Source of the DNA: Myxococcota bacterium
GTDB lineage: Bacteria > Myxococcota_A > UBA9160 > UBA4427
Reading direction: 5' to 3'
Length of the DNA: 64,000 nucleotides
NCBI GenBank assembly: GCA_036336835.1
Contig: JAYZFK010000032.1
Span: 1 to 64,000 of the forward strand
The position numbers and the translations under genes are program-made. Positions 33,663 through 43,624 of the stretch are shown here, in pieces (positions within the stretch are counted from its first letter, which is position 1; every line of letters begins with the position of its first letter). The notes beneath the pieces were generated by a model. That model did no database searches. It was not told where the DNA came from and saw only the letters and a list, made by a program, of their open reading frames with translations.

Positions 33663-36050
33663 GTGGAGGTCACCATTCCGGACCGACTCCAGCTGCTTTC
33701 CGACGTGGCTGAGATCGTCGCGCGCTCGCACGATCTCAAGGAGACGCTGAACAACGTCATCGACCTGGTCGCCAAGCGACTGGATGCCGACGTCTGCTCC
33801 ATCTACCTGAGTGACCCGGACCGCGTGCACCTGACGTTGTGGGCCACCATCGGCCTGGACGTCGGTGCGGTCGGCAGCGTCCGGATGGCCCTCGGCGAGG
33901 GCCTGGTCGGCAAGACCGCGCAGCTCTGCCGGCCGATTGCCGTCGAACGAGCCAGCGACGATCCGGACTTTCGCTACTTCCCAGAGACGCGCGAGGATCG
34001 GTTCGAATCGTTCCTGGCCGCGCCGCTCGTGGTGCAGGAAACGCCGGTCGGCGTGCTCGTGATCCAGACGGTCGAGCCGCGACGCTTCGAGAGCAACGAC
34101 ATCGAGATGCTGTCGACCTGCGGGCACCTGCTGGCACCGGTCGTGATCAACGCCGCGCTGCTCAACATGGTGGCCAGCAGCGATGTGGAGCGCACCCGGC
34201 TGGTCACGGGGATCGCCCAGGGCGTCGTTCCGATCGCCGAGCCAGAGGACGCTGGCGCCAGTGAAGCAGCCGGTGGCAAGGGCGTGATCCTGGACGGGAT
34301 CGCGACCGCGCGCGGGATCGCGATCGGGCCGCTCCACCGGCTCGAGGTGATCGATCTCGACACGGTCGAGTACTCGGCCGGCGAGCCCGAGCAGGAGCGT
34401 GCCGACTTGATGCGCGCCCTGGCCGAGGCGCGACGCGAGCTCGACGATGCGCGCGAGCTGACCGGCGAACGCTTCGGCCCCGAGTTCGCGGCCGTGTTCT
34501 ACACGCAGATCCAGATCCTCGAGGACGCCGGTTTCGTGCGCTCGCTCGAGCAGCAGGTCGAGGAAACCGGAGATGCCTTCGCCGCGGTGAACGACGTGCT
34601 CGAGTCGTACCGCGAGACCTTCGAGAAGATGCCCGATCCGTATTTCCGCGAGCGAGGCGCCGACATTCTGGACGTGGGTCGGCGGGTGGTTTCCCGGCTG
34701 CTCGGCGTGCGTCACCAGACGGCCGACCTGCCCGACAGCGCGATCGTCGTGGTCGACCAGGTATTGCCGGGGCTGTTCGCGCGGCTCGAGGTCGATCGGA
34801 TCGGCGCGCTGGTGTCCGAGCACGGCGGAGCCACGTCACACGGCGCCATCTTCGCGAGGACGCTCGAGATCCCCGCCTTGACGGGCGTAGCCGGCATCCT
34901 CGAGGCGAGTCAGGTCGGACAGCAGGCGATCGTGGATGGCGGCCTCGGTCGCATCTACCTGGAGCCCGATGCCGGCCTGGTCGGAGAGTACCGGCGCGCC
35001 CAGCGACGCTATGCGGTGGCCGTCGAGCACCTCGACGCCGTACGCGAGCGTCCCGCCGAGACGCTCGATGGCCGGCGTATCGTGCTGTCCGCGAACCTGG
35101 GGCTGCTGAACGATCTGAGACTGATCGAGCAGCACGGGGCGGAGGGGGTGGGTCTGTTCCGGACCGAGCTGCTGGCACTGGCGCATCGTGGCTTTCCGAG
35201 CGAGGAAGAGCAGGAGCAGCTCTACGAGCGCGTCTTCAGCGCCGTGTCGCCGCGGCCGGTCACGATCCGCACGCTCGATCTCGGGGGCGAGAAGGGTTTG
35301 TCGAACCTCGGACTCGACGATGAAGAGAACCCACAGCTCGGCTGTCGATCCATCCGGCTGACGCTGACCAGACCGCGTGTCTTCCGAGAACAGCTGCGTG
35401 CTGTGCTGCGCGCCAGCCGCTTCGGCAACGTCAGGCTGCTGCTGCCGATGATCAGCGGCTTGCGCGAGCTGCGCGAGGCGAAGGCGCTGCTCGAGCTGGT
35501 CAAGGACGAGCTGCGAACCGAGGGCGCGGAGTTCGACGAGCAGATTCCGGTCGGAGCGATGATCGAGGTGCCAGCTGCGGCGCTGATTGCCGACAGACTC
35601 GCCGAGGAGTGCGACTTCTTCAGCATCGGAACCAACGACCTTACCCAGTACACGCTGGCCGTCGACCGCGGCAACGAGCGCGTCGCACACCTGTACGACC
35701 CGCTGCATCCCGCCGTGTTGTCGCTGATCGATGCCAGTCTGCGCGCTGCCTCGGCCGCCGGCATCCCGGTCTCGGTCTGCGGCGAGATGGCCACCAACCC
35801 GCTGGCCGTGCCGTTGTTGATCGGGCTCGGCATCTCCGAGCTGTCGGGCGCGCCGGACGCCGTGCCCTTGGTGAAGGAGATCACGCGCGCGCTCTCGGCC
35901 GGTTCGGTCGACGAGGACGCGCGTCGCGCGCTGGTCGCCTCGGGCCCCGACGCCGTCCACGAGATCGCAGCGAATCGGCTGCGCGAGAGCGGTCTGCTGG
36001 AGCACCCCGACATCGGCGAGTGGCTGCGCACTGCCGTTGAGCGAGCCTGA
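33663..36050 (+). CDS. ptsP: PTS enzyme I (Ntr) with N-terminal GAF domain
   Basis: GAF (GEGLVG..F.YFPET.E), TSH phospho-His, GLFRTE, RTLDLGGEK, FSIGTNDLTQY, VCGEMA. Start uncertain. Confidence 0.93.
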   Translation: MEVTIPDRLQLLSDVAEIVARSHDLKETLNNVIDLVAKRLDADVCSIYLSDPDRVHLTLWATIGLDVGAVGSVRMALGEGLVGKTAQLCRPIAVERASDDPDFRYFPETREDRFESFLAAPLVVQETPVGVLVIQTVEPRRFESNDIEMLSTCGHLLAPVVINAALLNMVASSDVERTRLVTGIAQGVVPIAEPEDAGASEAAGGKGVILDGIATARGIAIGPLHRLEVIDLDTVEYSAGEPEQERADLMRALAEARRELDDARELTGERFGPEFAAVFYTQIQILEDAGFVRSLEQQVEETGDAFAAVNDVLESYRETFEKMPDPYFRERGADILDVGRRVVSRLLGVRHQTADLPDSAIVVVDQVLPGLFARLEVDRIGALVSEHGGATSHGAIFARTLEIPALTGVAGILEASQVGQQAIVDGGLGRIYLEPDAGLVGEYRRAQRRYAVAVEHLDAVRERPAETLDGRRIVLSANLGLLNDLRLIEQHGAEGVGLFRTELLALAHRGFPSEEEQEQLYERVFSAVSPRPVTIRTLDLGGEKGLSNLGLDDEENPQLGCRSIRLTLTRPRVFREQLRAVLRASRFGNVRLLLPMISGLRELREAKALLELVKDELRTEGAEFDEQIPVGAMIEVPAAALIADRLAEECDFFSIGTNDLTQYTLAVDRGNERVAHLYDPLHPAVLSLIDASLRAASAAGIPVSVCGEMATNPLAVPLLIGLGISELSGAPDAVPLVKEITRALSAGSVDEDARRALVASGPDAVHEIAANRLRESGLLEHPDIGEWLRTAVERA

Positions 36051-36079
36051 GCCGACGAGTCTGCGGTCCGGCCGGTGCC

Positions 36080-36715
36080 TCAGCGGCGCTCGCCGAGCGC
36101 GATCAGCGCCCGTTCGAGCCGCTCTCGCAGCTCCTCTTCGCACGCTTCGTCCGCGTCAGGGGGAACGGCGATCGGCTCGCCGTACGACAGCCGTACGCGG
36201 GCGAAGGGCAGCGGGAGCACCGTGCGGTCCCAGCTCCCGAACCGGATGGCCGGCCGCGCGCAGAACGTCAGAGGGGTTGGCGCCACGCCCGTGAGTCGGC
36301 CGAGTGCGACCGGACCGAGCTTCGAGACGTGGGCCGGACCGCGCGGGCCGTCGGCGAGGATCGAGACCGTCGTGCCGCTCTGTACCTCGCGCATGAGTCC
36401 GCGCAGCGCGGTGGTCCCCGCACGCGAGCTCGAGCCGCGCACCGGCTCGCGGTAGCCGAGGAGCGGGAGCGCGGCGCTGATCCAGTCGCCGTCGCGACTG
36501 CGGCTGACGGCGACCGAGTAGCCGCGATCGCGGAACCGGTGCGCCAGCACCAGGATGTGCTCGTGCCAGACGACGCCGATCACCGGACCACCGCCCGGCT
36601 CGAACGGGTCGGGCCCGTCCTGCGAGATTCGCCAGGTGGCGCCGAGTGCCCGCAGGGCCGCCGCTGCAAGCCAGCCGACTGCGCGCAGCCAGCTCCGCCG
36701 GATTCGCGCGCTCAC
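36080..36715 (-). CDS. DUF374 lysophospholipid-acyltransferase-like protein
   Basis: WHE, VSRSRDG, VRGSSSR.G, DGPRGP, SWDR..LP.PF. Confidence 0.85.
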   Translation of the reverse strand: MSARIRRSWLRAVGWLAAAALRALGATWRISQDGPDPFEPGGGPVIGVVWHEHILVLAHRFRDRGYSVAVSRSRDGDWISAALPLLGYREPVRGSSSRAGTTALRGLMREVQSGTTVSILADGPRGPAHVSKLGPVALGRLTGVAPTPLTFCARPAIRFGSWDRTVLPLPFARVRLSYGEPIAVPPDADEACEEELRERLERALIALGERR

Positions 36716-37611
36716 CCGGAGAGCCCGACGAGCGAGACGCCCACGGCGATCACCAACGCTCCCGCGATCCGCACGGCGCCGGGCCGCTCGCGTAGCCAGA
36801 GCGCGCTCAGGGCAACCGCGAACAGGACGCTGCTCTGTCGGACCGCGACGACATAGCTGGCCGGCGTGGTGCGGAACGCTTCGAGAATCAGGCTGTAGCC
36901 CAGCATGGAGAGGCCGAGTGCAGCGATCGCGCTCCAGCCGTCGGCGCGTGCGCAGGCGACCAGTCTTCGGGTCCAGCCCGGGGATGTGCACAGCAGTGGC
37001 GTCATCACGATCGCCGCGCCGAGCATGGTGACCAGGCAGTAGAAGAGCGGGCGCGGAAATGCGGTGGGCCAGTCGGTCGTCTCGAGCGCGCCCATTGCGC
37101 CCTTGTCGGTGATCGCGTAGCCGATAGTCGAGAGCAACGTGAGCCAGGCGAACCGGGTCTCGGACCGGAACAGCGCGGCGAGTCGCAGCTCGCCTCGAGT
37201 CTGGACGAGCCAAATCCCGGCGACCACGATCGCGATCCCGGCGACTCCGCTCGCGTTGATTCGCTCCCCGAGCAGCGGCGCCGCCGCGAAGGGCAGGAAG
37301 GCGGGAGTCGAGCGCGCGATTGGATAGACGAGAGAGAGATCCGCCTCCACCAGTGCGCGGCCCAGCCACAGCATGTAGAAGCCGTGGCACACCGCCGCAG
37401 CGAGGGCCCAGCGCCAGAAGTCCCAGTCCAGGTCCCGCAACGTCGCTCGCAGCTCGGGCAGGCCCGCCAGCAGGGCGAGCGCGATCGCGCCACCGGAGGC
37501 CATCTGGAGCCAGTTGAAGGCGACCGGATCGCGGCCGTGCTTGATCAGTACGCTCCAGAGTGCGTGGAGTGCCGCGGAGCCAAGCACCAGGCCGATCGCA
37601 AGGGGCGTCAC
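36712..37611 (-). CDS. EamA/DMT-family transporter
   Basis: SA.LHA.W, DLSLVYPIAR, Y..TDK, AVRQSSV, LRE; ~10 TM. Confidence 0.85.
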   Translation of the reverse strand: MTPLAIGLVLGSAALHALWSVLIKHGRDPVAFNWLQMASGGAIALALLAGLPELRATLRDLDWDFWRWALAAAVCHGFYMLWLGRALVEADLSLVYPIARSTPAFLPFAAAPLLGERINASGVAGIAIVVAGIWLVQTRGELRLAALFRSETRFAWLTLLSTIGYAITDKGAMGALETTDWPTAFPRPLFYCLVTMLGAAIVMTPLLCTSPGWTRRLVACARADGWSAIAALGLSMLGYSLILEAFRTTPASYVVAVRQSSVLFAVALSALWLRERPGAVRIAGALVIAVGVSLVGLSG

Positions 37612-37679
37612 GGCGCCACAGTACCCCGTGTGGGCGTGCTGCCCCGTGGGCATGGGCTGCAACAAAACGTGGCGCGGCC

Positions 37680-37708
37680 TTCGCTGGACCGGTCGGGGGG
37701 CGTATGAT
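37680..37708 (+). promoter_or_regulatory. Candidate sigma70 promoter for ctaB
   Basis: TTCGCT-N17-TATGAT. Confidence 0.35.
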
Positions 37709-37781
37709 ACCCCCAGGCCTCCGGGGGAGCCGTGATAGCAGCTGTTTTCTTGCGTCCACGGCTCCGACCACTTCCTCCGAG

Positions 37782-38681
37782 ATGACTATGGCGATGGCGT
37801 TCGGTCAGACCGTCCGCACCTATGCGGAACTCACCAAGCCGCGGCTGCTGCCGCTGGTGCTGATCACCGGTCTGCCCGCTCTGGCGATGGCCTCTGGCGA
37901 GTGGCCGGGGCTCCAGACCATGTCCTTCGTCCTGCTCGGTATCGCGCTGGCCGCAGCGGCCGCAAGCACCTTCAACGCCTACGTCGAGCGCGATCTCGAC
38001 AAGGAGATGGAGCGGACCAGGGATCGTCCCCTGCCTGCCGGTCGGCTGGCGCCGGGCGCCGCGCTCACCTTCGGCTTTGTGCTGACGGGGCTCTCGGCCG
38101 TCGTTCTGTACGAGTTCGGCGGGGTCATCGCTGCCGGGCTCGGCATCGCCACGATCCTGTTCTACGTGTTCGTCTACACGATCTGGCTGAAGCCGCGCAC
38201 GGCCTGGAACGCAGTGATCGGGGGTGCTGCGGGCGCTGCCGCGCCCTTGATCGCAGACGCGGCCGTCAACGGAACGATCGGTGCTCCGGGGCTCGTGCTG
38301 TTCAGCATCGTGTTCTTCTGGCAGCCGCCGCACGTGTGGGCGATCGCACTGTTTCGCAAGGACGAGTACGCGCGGGCGGGCTTTCCGGTGCTGCCAAACG
38401 TGATCGGAGATCACCCGACTCGCTGGCGGATGTTCTGGTACACGCTCGGCCTGGTTCCCGTGACGCTGGCCCCGGTCGCGCTCGGTCTGTCGGGTTGGCT
38501 CTATCTGGGAGTCGCGCTGGTGGCCAACGCCTGGTTCCTGAGCCACGCCGTGCGCGTTCTGCGCCGGCGCACGCCCGAGGCGGCACGAGGCATGTTCCTC
38601 GCCTCACTCGGCTATCTGTTCGCGCTGTTCGCCGCGATGATTGCGGAGCTGGCGCTGGGGCTCGCCCCCGCGCTGTCGTAG
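37782..38681 (+). CDS. ctaB: Protoheme IX farnesyltransferase (heme O synthase)
   Basis: LTKPR, ERDLD..M.RT..RPLP, YT..LK, IGG.AGA, WQPPH, DEY. Confidence 0.95.
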   Translation: MTMAMAFGQTVRTYAELTKPRLLPLVLITGLPALAMASGEWPGLQTMSFVLLGIALAAAAASTFNAYVERDLDKEMERTRDRPLPAGRLAPGAALTFGFVLTGLSAVVLYEFGGVIAAGLGIATILFYVFVYTIWLKPRTAWNAVIGGAAGAAAPLIADAAVNGTIGAPGLVLFSIVFFWQPPHVWAIALFRKDEYARAGFPVLPNVIGDHPTRWRMFWYTLGLVPVTLAPVALGLSGWLYLGVALVANAWFLSHAVRVLRRRTPEAARGMFLASLGYLFALFAAMIAELALGLAPALS

Positions 38682-39116
38682 GTGGACCCTTTCGTCCTGC
38701 CGCCGCTCAACGCTGCGCTCAATGCACTCGCCGCGAGCCTGCTCGTGATCGGTCGTCAGCTCGCTCGCGCCGGACGGCTCGAAGCCCACAAGCGCGTGAT
38801 GCTGTCGGCTTTCGGGGTCTCGACCGTCTTCCTGGTCTCGTACGTGCTTCACAAGTGGCTGCGCAACTTCGAGACCACCACGTTCCACGCCGCCGGCGCC
38901 GCCAAGGCTGCCTATCTGGGGCTATTGGCTACACACGTCATTCTCGCGATGACGGTGCCAGTCTTCGGGCTCGTCCTGATCCGCCTTGGACTGCGCGACG
39001 AGCGGGAGCGTCACCGCCGGATCGCGCGCGTTGCCTGGCCGATCTGGATGTATGTTTCGATCACCGGCGTGGTGATCTACTTGCTCCTCTATCACTGGAA
39101 CCCACTACCGGTCTGA
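38682..39116 (+). CDS. DUF420 membrane protein (oxidase assembly factor, CtaM-like)
   Basis: LP.LNA.LN, HKR.M, FLVSY, H..LA, H.RIAR..WPIWMYVSITGV.IY. Confidence 0.88.
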   Translation: MDPFVLPPLNAALNALAASLLVIGRQLARAGRLEAHKRVMLSAFGVSTVFLVSYVLHKWLRNFETTTFHAAGAAKAAYLGLLATHVILAMTVPVFGLVLIRLGLRDERERHRRIARVAWPIWMYVSITGVVIYLLLYHWNPLPV

Positions 39117-39341
39117 CGCGCGCCCGCTGAGGGGAACGAACCGGGCGACGCAGCACCTCGCGGTCTTGATCGGTGCGGAGCACGGAGCGACTCCCTGCCC
39201 CGCCAGGACGAAGCGTCATTCTCGTAAGTCATAGCCCGTAGCAGATGTTTCTCGATCCGGAGGCGCTCGCTTCCGATCCGACTGCGGCGCGCTGTCGAAG
39301 CAACCGTCCACCGCGCGAGGCCGGGAACGTCGCAAACCGGC

Positions 39342-39602
39342 GTGCTGGTCGCGTGGCTGGTCTACAGGGTGGAGCTGAACGCGAGGCACCCGTTCGAAGT
39401 GCTGCTCGTGCTCTTCGCGATCATCGAGGTGGGCTTCTTCGCCGGGGCCTCACTCGTGCTACCCGGGGTGATCGCGGAGCTGGGAGTCGTCCGGATCGGT
39501 GCGGCGAACCTGTTGGCAGCCGCGGCGATGGCGGTCTTCTTCGTGCTCTCGCACCGCGCGGACGCCTGGGAGAAGCTCAAGCAGGCCGCCCACCTCGCGT
39601 AG
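39342..39602 (+). CDS. Small hydrophobic hypothetical protein (possibly a fragment)
   Basis: 86 aa, TM-like segments, GC3-rich codons; no clear RBS. Confidence 0.4.
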   Translation: MLVAWLVYRVELNARHPFEVLLVLFAIIEVGFFAGASLVLPGVIAELGVVRIGAANLLAAAAMAVFFVLSHRADAWEKLKQAAHLA

Positions 39603-39686
39603 CCGCCTGCTCGAGTCGCCTCGCTGGGGAAGGCATGACTGGCACGGTGGACGATTGCCGCAAATCAGCGCCGGCGGCGGACGAGG

Positions 39687-39950
39687 CTAGGTCGCCCCTT
39701 CGGTCGCGCTTTCCAGCCGAGCGAGCTGGGCGGCCCGGCGCATCCAGAAGATGATCAATGCAGCCAGTCCCGTTAGTACCACGCCCACCACGCCGAGCAG
39801 GACTAGCACGCCCGCGTTGGCGCCCAGGGTCATGGCGGAGTTCGGGTCCCCGTAGCAGACCGAACAAGCCGTTGCCGGGGCCGCACCCAGGAGCACACCA
39901 AGGCTCGTGGCAATCGCCACGGACCAGCCGGCCAGCCGATTCTGATTCAT
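39687..39950 (-). CDS. Small membrane protein with periplasmic CxxC (oxidase-associated)
   Basis: Signal peptide-ACSVCYG...-TM helix; last gene of the cox operon, overlapping the upstream stop. Confidence 0.75.
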   Translation of the reverse strand: MNQNRLAGWSVAIATSLGVLLGAAPATACSVCYGDPNSAMTLGANAGVLVLLGVVGVVLTGLAALIIFWMRRAAQLARLESATEGAT

Positions 39951-40153
39951 AGGTAACCCACTCCCTTCAGCTTGCGCAGGAACCAGACCCCGTAATACGC
40001 AAGCGCGATCCCGCCGAGGAAGGATCCGACTCCGAGAGCTAGCCGGAGCGAATCGCCGGACTGAGCGTAGTCTAGGGTCGCCCAGACGCCGAGGCCGATG
40101 CACAGCGCCACCGACACCACGACGAAGAAGATATGGAAGGCCTTTAGTCCCAC
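39947..40153 (-). CDS. Small 2-TM membrane protein (oxidase-associated)
   Basis: MGLKAFHIFF...YGVWFLRKLK, 68 aa, two TM segments. Confidence 0.7.
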   Translation of the reverse strand: MGLKAFHIFFVVVSVALCIGLGVWATLDYAQSGDSLRLALGVGSFLGGIALAYYGVWFLRKLKGVGYL

Positions 40154-40175
40154 CCGTGCTTCACACTCGCTCGGT

Positions 40176-40487
40176 CTAGCCGGTCCACAGCGGCCCGTTA
40201 CCGAGCTCCGTCACCAGCGGGAGGACGAACAGGAACACCAGGAAGGCCGCGCTGAGGGCGAGGAGCCAGTGGATCACCTTCTGCTCGGTCACCAGATGCA
40301 TGAAGTAGCCCGCCACGAGGAAGGCCTTCACCGTCGCTACGACCATTGCCACGGTGATTGCGTAGCCGGTCGGCAGATCCAGATAGGAGATGGCGACCGT
40401 GACCACCGTCAAGACCGCCAACGCGATGAAGACCGCCAGGTAGACCCGGAGGTGCTGCTTGAAATGTGCGAGTTCCGACTCGTTCAT
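40176..40487 (-). CDS. ctaF: Cytochrome c oxidase subunit IV family
   Basis: Y..VF.AL..LT..TV, A.VKA.LV..YFMHL. Confidence 0.88.
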   Translation of the reverse strand: MNESELAHFKQHLRVYLAVFIALAVLTVVTVAISYLDLPTGYAITVAMVVATVKAFLVAGYFMHLVTEQKVIHWLLALSAAFLVFLFVLPLVTELGNGPLWTG

Positions 40488-40497
40488 TATTTATTCC

Positions 40498-41130
40498 CTA
40501 CAGGAGATAGAGTACGGGAAAGAGGAAGATCCAGACCAGATCGACGAAGTGCCAGTAGAGACCTGCGATCTCGATCCGACCGGTGAAGCACTCGGGGTCG
40601 GTCTTGAACAGCGCGGTGCCCCAGATCAGCAGCCACAGGTTGACCAGGATGCCCAGCGCGACGTGCAGTGCGTGCAGGCCGGTGAAGGTGAAGTACAGGC
40701 CGTAGAAGGGGGACGGGTCGCCCGCCCCCGGCCAGCCCGTCGCCGGGAAGATGTGGTGGCTGAACTTGTCTCCGTACTCGAAGCCCTTGATCACCAGGAA
40801 GAGCAGGCCCAGGGCGATCGTGGCCGCGAAGTATTTCTTGTAGGCCCCGACGTTGTCCATCTTGAGCGAGGCCCACGCCATGACCATCGTGATGCTCGAC
40901 GTGATCAGCACGATGGTGTTGAACGTCCCGATGGGGACGTTCAGGCCGGCCTCCACACCCAGGGGCCAGTGTTCCTGCAATACGCCGACGCGCAGCAGCA
41001 CATAGGAGCTGAAGAGCGCGCCGAAGAGCATCACTTCGGAGGCCAGGAACAGCCAGATGCCTAGCTTGCCGCTGGTGACGCCCGTGACCGGATGCGGTTC
41101 TGTGCGGTAGGGAATAACGAGTTCGGACAT
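40498..41130 (-). CDS. ctaE: Cytochrome c oxidase subunit III
   Basis: [48 protein letters not shown]. Confidence 0.95.
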   Translation of the reverse strand: MSELVIPYRTEPHPVTGVTSGKLGIWLFLASEVMLFGALFSSYVLLRVGVLQEHWPLGVEAGLNVPIGTFNTIVLITSSITMVMAWASLKMDNVGAYKKYFAATIALGLLFLVIKGFEYGDKFSHHIFPATGWPGAGDPSPFYGLYFTFTGLHALHVALGILVNLWLLIWGTALFKTDPECFTGRIEIAGLYWHFVDLVWIFLFPVLYLL

Positions 41131-41133
41131 GGT

Positions 41134-42858
41134 CTAGCTCTCTCGTTTCACGTGCTGCGGGGTGAAGTCGTTCGGTGCGCCGGGCACGCTGTACTCATAC
41201 GGTCCGCAGTACACCACGGGGGGCTCGGTGAAGTTCCCGTGCGGCGGCGGCGTGGGCGTTGCCCATTCGAGGGTCGTTGCCTGCCAGGGGTTCTCCTGCG
41301 CCCGCTCCTTCTTTCGCATGCTCATGAAGAAGTTGATGATGAAGGGAATCTGGGCCAGGGCGAGGCACCAAGCCGACCAGGACGTCATCATCGTCAGGCC
41401 GTGTACCGCCGCTCCGTGCTCGTAGATGGTCGGGTCGAACAGCCGGCGGGAAACTCCCGCCATGCCCTCGAACATCATGGGCATGAAGACACCGTTCATG
41501 AAGATGAGCGACAGCCAGAAGTGCAGCTTTCCGAGTGTCACGTTCAACGCACGGCCAGTGGCCTTCGGGTACCAGTAATAGATGCCCGCGAACATCGCGA
41601 AGATGGTGCCGGGGGCGACGACGTAGTGGAAGTGCCCGATCACATAGTAGGTGTCGTGGAAGTGGGCGTCGGGCGCCGCCAGGCCCAGGGGCAGGCCCGT
41701 GAGCCCGCCGATGCCGAACATCGGCAGGAAGGCCAGTGCGAAGAGCATCGGGACGGTGAAGCGGATCGCCCCCCCCCACAGGCTGATCGCGAGGCAGGTC
41801 AGAATGATCACCGAGGGGATCGAGATGATCATCGTGGTGATCTGGAAGAAGGTGCTCATCGTGGTTCCCATGCCCGTCATGTACATGTGGTGTGCCCAGA
41901 CACCGAAGGAAAGGAAACCGAGGAAGAGGAGCGAGTACACCATCGGCCGGTAGCCCCACAGGGGCTTGCGCGTGTTGTTGGCGATGACCTCGGCCACGAT
42001 TCCCATACCCGGCAGGATCAGGACGTACACCTCGGGGTGGGCGAGGAACCAGAAGAGGTGTTGCCAGAGCAGGGGACTGCCTCCTCCCACCGCGGCGAGC
42101 GGTTCGCCTCCTACCACGAGCCCGCTGGGCAGGAAGAAGCTCGTGCCGGCCAGTCGATCCATCAGCTGAAAAACGGCCGCGGCCTGGAGCGGGGGGAAGG
42201 CCAGCAGCAGCAGAAACGCGGTTACCAGCTGTGACCACACGAAGAAGGGCAGGCGGAAGAAGGTCAGGCCAGGGGCCCGAAGGTGGAGAATGGTGACGAT
42301 GAAGTTGAGCGCTCCGAGCAGCGAGGATGCGATCAGGAAGATCATCCCGATCAGCCAGAAGGTCTGGCCGGTGGTCGCCGTAATCGAGAGGGGCGCGTAC
42401 GACGTCCAGCCCGAGCTCGCTGCCCCGCCGGGCAGGAAGAAGCTCGAGAGCATCACGATGCCGCCGATTACGAAGGCCTGGTAGCTCATCATGTTGAGGC
42501 GGGGGAAGGCCATGTCGACGGCGCCGATCTGAAGCGGAACGACGAAGTTTCCGAACGCTCCGACCGCCAGCGGGACGATCCCCATGAAGACCATGATGGT
42601 GCCGTGCATGGCCCCGAGCTGATTGTAGAAGTTGGGCAGCATGGCGCCCTTGTCCACCGAGGACTCCCCGAGCAGACCTCCGATGATCGGGATCGCCTCC
42701 CCCGGGTAGGCCAGCTGCCAGCGCATCATCATCATCAGAGAGAAGCCGAAGAACAGGAACACCAGTGCGGTGATCCCGTACTGGATCCCGATCGTCTTGT
42801 GGTCCGTCGAGAATACGTACGTGCGCCAGAATCCGAGCTCGTCGTGTGTGTCACTCAT
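41134..42858 (-). CDS. ctaD: Cytochrome c oxidase subunit I (A-family heme-copper oxidase)
   Basis: DHK.IG, MHG, DMAFPRLN, GWTSY, HPEVY, WAHH, HDTYYVIGHFHY, RR. Confidence 0.96.
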   Translation of the reverse strand: MSDTHDELGFWRTYVFSTDHKTIGIQYGITALVFLFFGFSLMMMMRWQLAYPGEAIPIIGGLLGESSVDKGAMLPNFYNQLGAMHGTIMVFMGIVPLAVGAFGNFVVPLQIGAVDMAFPRLNMMSYQAFVIGGIVMLSSFFLPGGAASSGWTSYAPLSITATTGQTFWLIGMIFLIASSLLGALNFIVTILHLRAPGLTFFRLPFFVWSQLVTAFLLLLAFPPLQAAAVFQLMDRLAGTSFFLPSGLVVGGEPLAAVGGGSPLLWQHLFWFLAHPEVYVLILPGMGIVAEVIANNTRKPLWGYRPMVYSLLFLGFLSFGVWAHHMYMTGMGTTMSTFFQITTMIISIPSVIILTCLAISLWGGAIRFTVPMLFALAFLPMFGIGGLTGLPLGLAAPDAHFHDTYYVIGHFHYVVAPGTIFAMFAGIYYWYPKATGRALNVTLGKLHFWLSLIFMNGVFMPMMFEGMAGVSRRLFDPTIYEHGAAVHGLTMMTSWSAWCLALAQIPFIINFFMSMRKKERAQENPWQATTLEWATPTPPPHGNFTEPPVVYCGPYEYSVPGAPNDFTPQHVKRES

Positions 42859-43613
42859 TCGTCCAACCCCAGCGCATCGTGCTCCTCGTCCAGCCATTTC
42901 TGGAAATCTTCCGGTGACTGGATGATGAGATCGGCTTTCATCTCGTAGTGGCCGAGACCGCACAGCTGTGCGCAGGCGACCTGGAACTGGCCCGTCTCCT
43001 TGGCTTCGAACCAGATCGCGATCTCCATCCCGGGGACGACGTCCTGAGTCACCCGCATGACGGGCAGCTTGAAGCTGTGGATCGCGTCCTTGGAGGTGAG
43101 GCGCGCAAGCACCGGCTTGCCGACGGGGAAGCGCAGGCCTCTGACCGTGATGTCGTCCCAGCCGGCCTCGTCGTCATCGTCGAGCCCCGCCGGGTTGTCG
43201 TCGGCGTAGAACTCCGGTGCGGTCCTGCCGAACGTCCCGTCCTTGCCGGGGTAGTGGAACAACCACTTGAACTGCTCAGCCACCACGCGAATCACCGTCG
43301 GGTCCTGCTTTGGATCGGGCAGATCGTTCTTGATCGTGGCCCAGACGGGCACCGCGAACGCGACCAGCACGACCGTCTCCGCGACGGCGACCCCGATCTC
43401 GAGCCACCGATTCCACTTCGCTTCGATGAGCTGGTAGGTGGCCGAGTGCCCCGGGCGCTCGCGGAAGCGAACCAGGCAGTAAGCGATGAAGCCTCCCCAG
43501 AAAATGAAGAGCACGAGCATGAACCAGTGGATCGCGATGATCATGAAATCGATGTCGGCGCCGTTCACCGAAACATCGGGGGGAAGCCACCAGCCGTATT
43601 GCGGTTCGTTCAC
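42855..43613 (-). CDS. ctaC: Cytochrome c oxidase subunit II (CuA)
   Basis: 2 TM, QFKW.F.YP, DAIHSF, CAQLCGLGHYEM. Confidence 0.95.
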   Translation of the reverse strand: MNEPQYGWWLPPDVSVNGADIDFMIIAIHWFMLVLFIFWGGFIAYCLVRFRERPGHSATYQLIEAKWNRWLEIGVAVAETVVLVAFAVPVWATIKNDLPDPKQDPTVIRVVAEQFKWLFHYPGKDGTFGRTAPEFYADDNPAGLDDDDEAGWDDITVRGLRFPVGKPVLARLTSKDAIHSFKLPVMRVTQDVVPGMEIAIWFEAKETGQFQVACAQLCGLGHYEMKADLIIQSPEDFQKWLDEEHDALGLDE

Positions 43614-43624
43614 TTGGATCTCCC

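Noticed and set aside
39640..39658. TGGCACG...TTGC as a sigma54 promoter
   Set aside because: GG-GC spacing is 14 rather than 10, and it lies between convergent genes.
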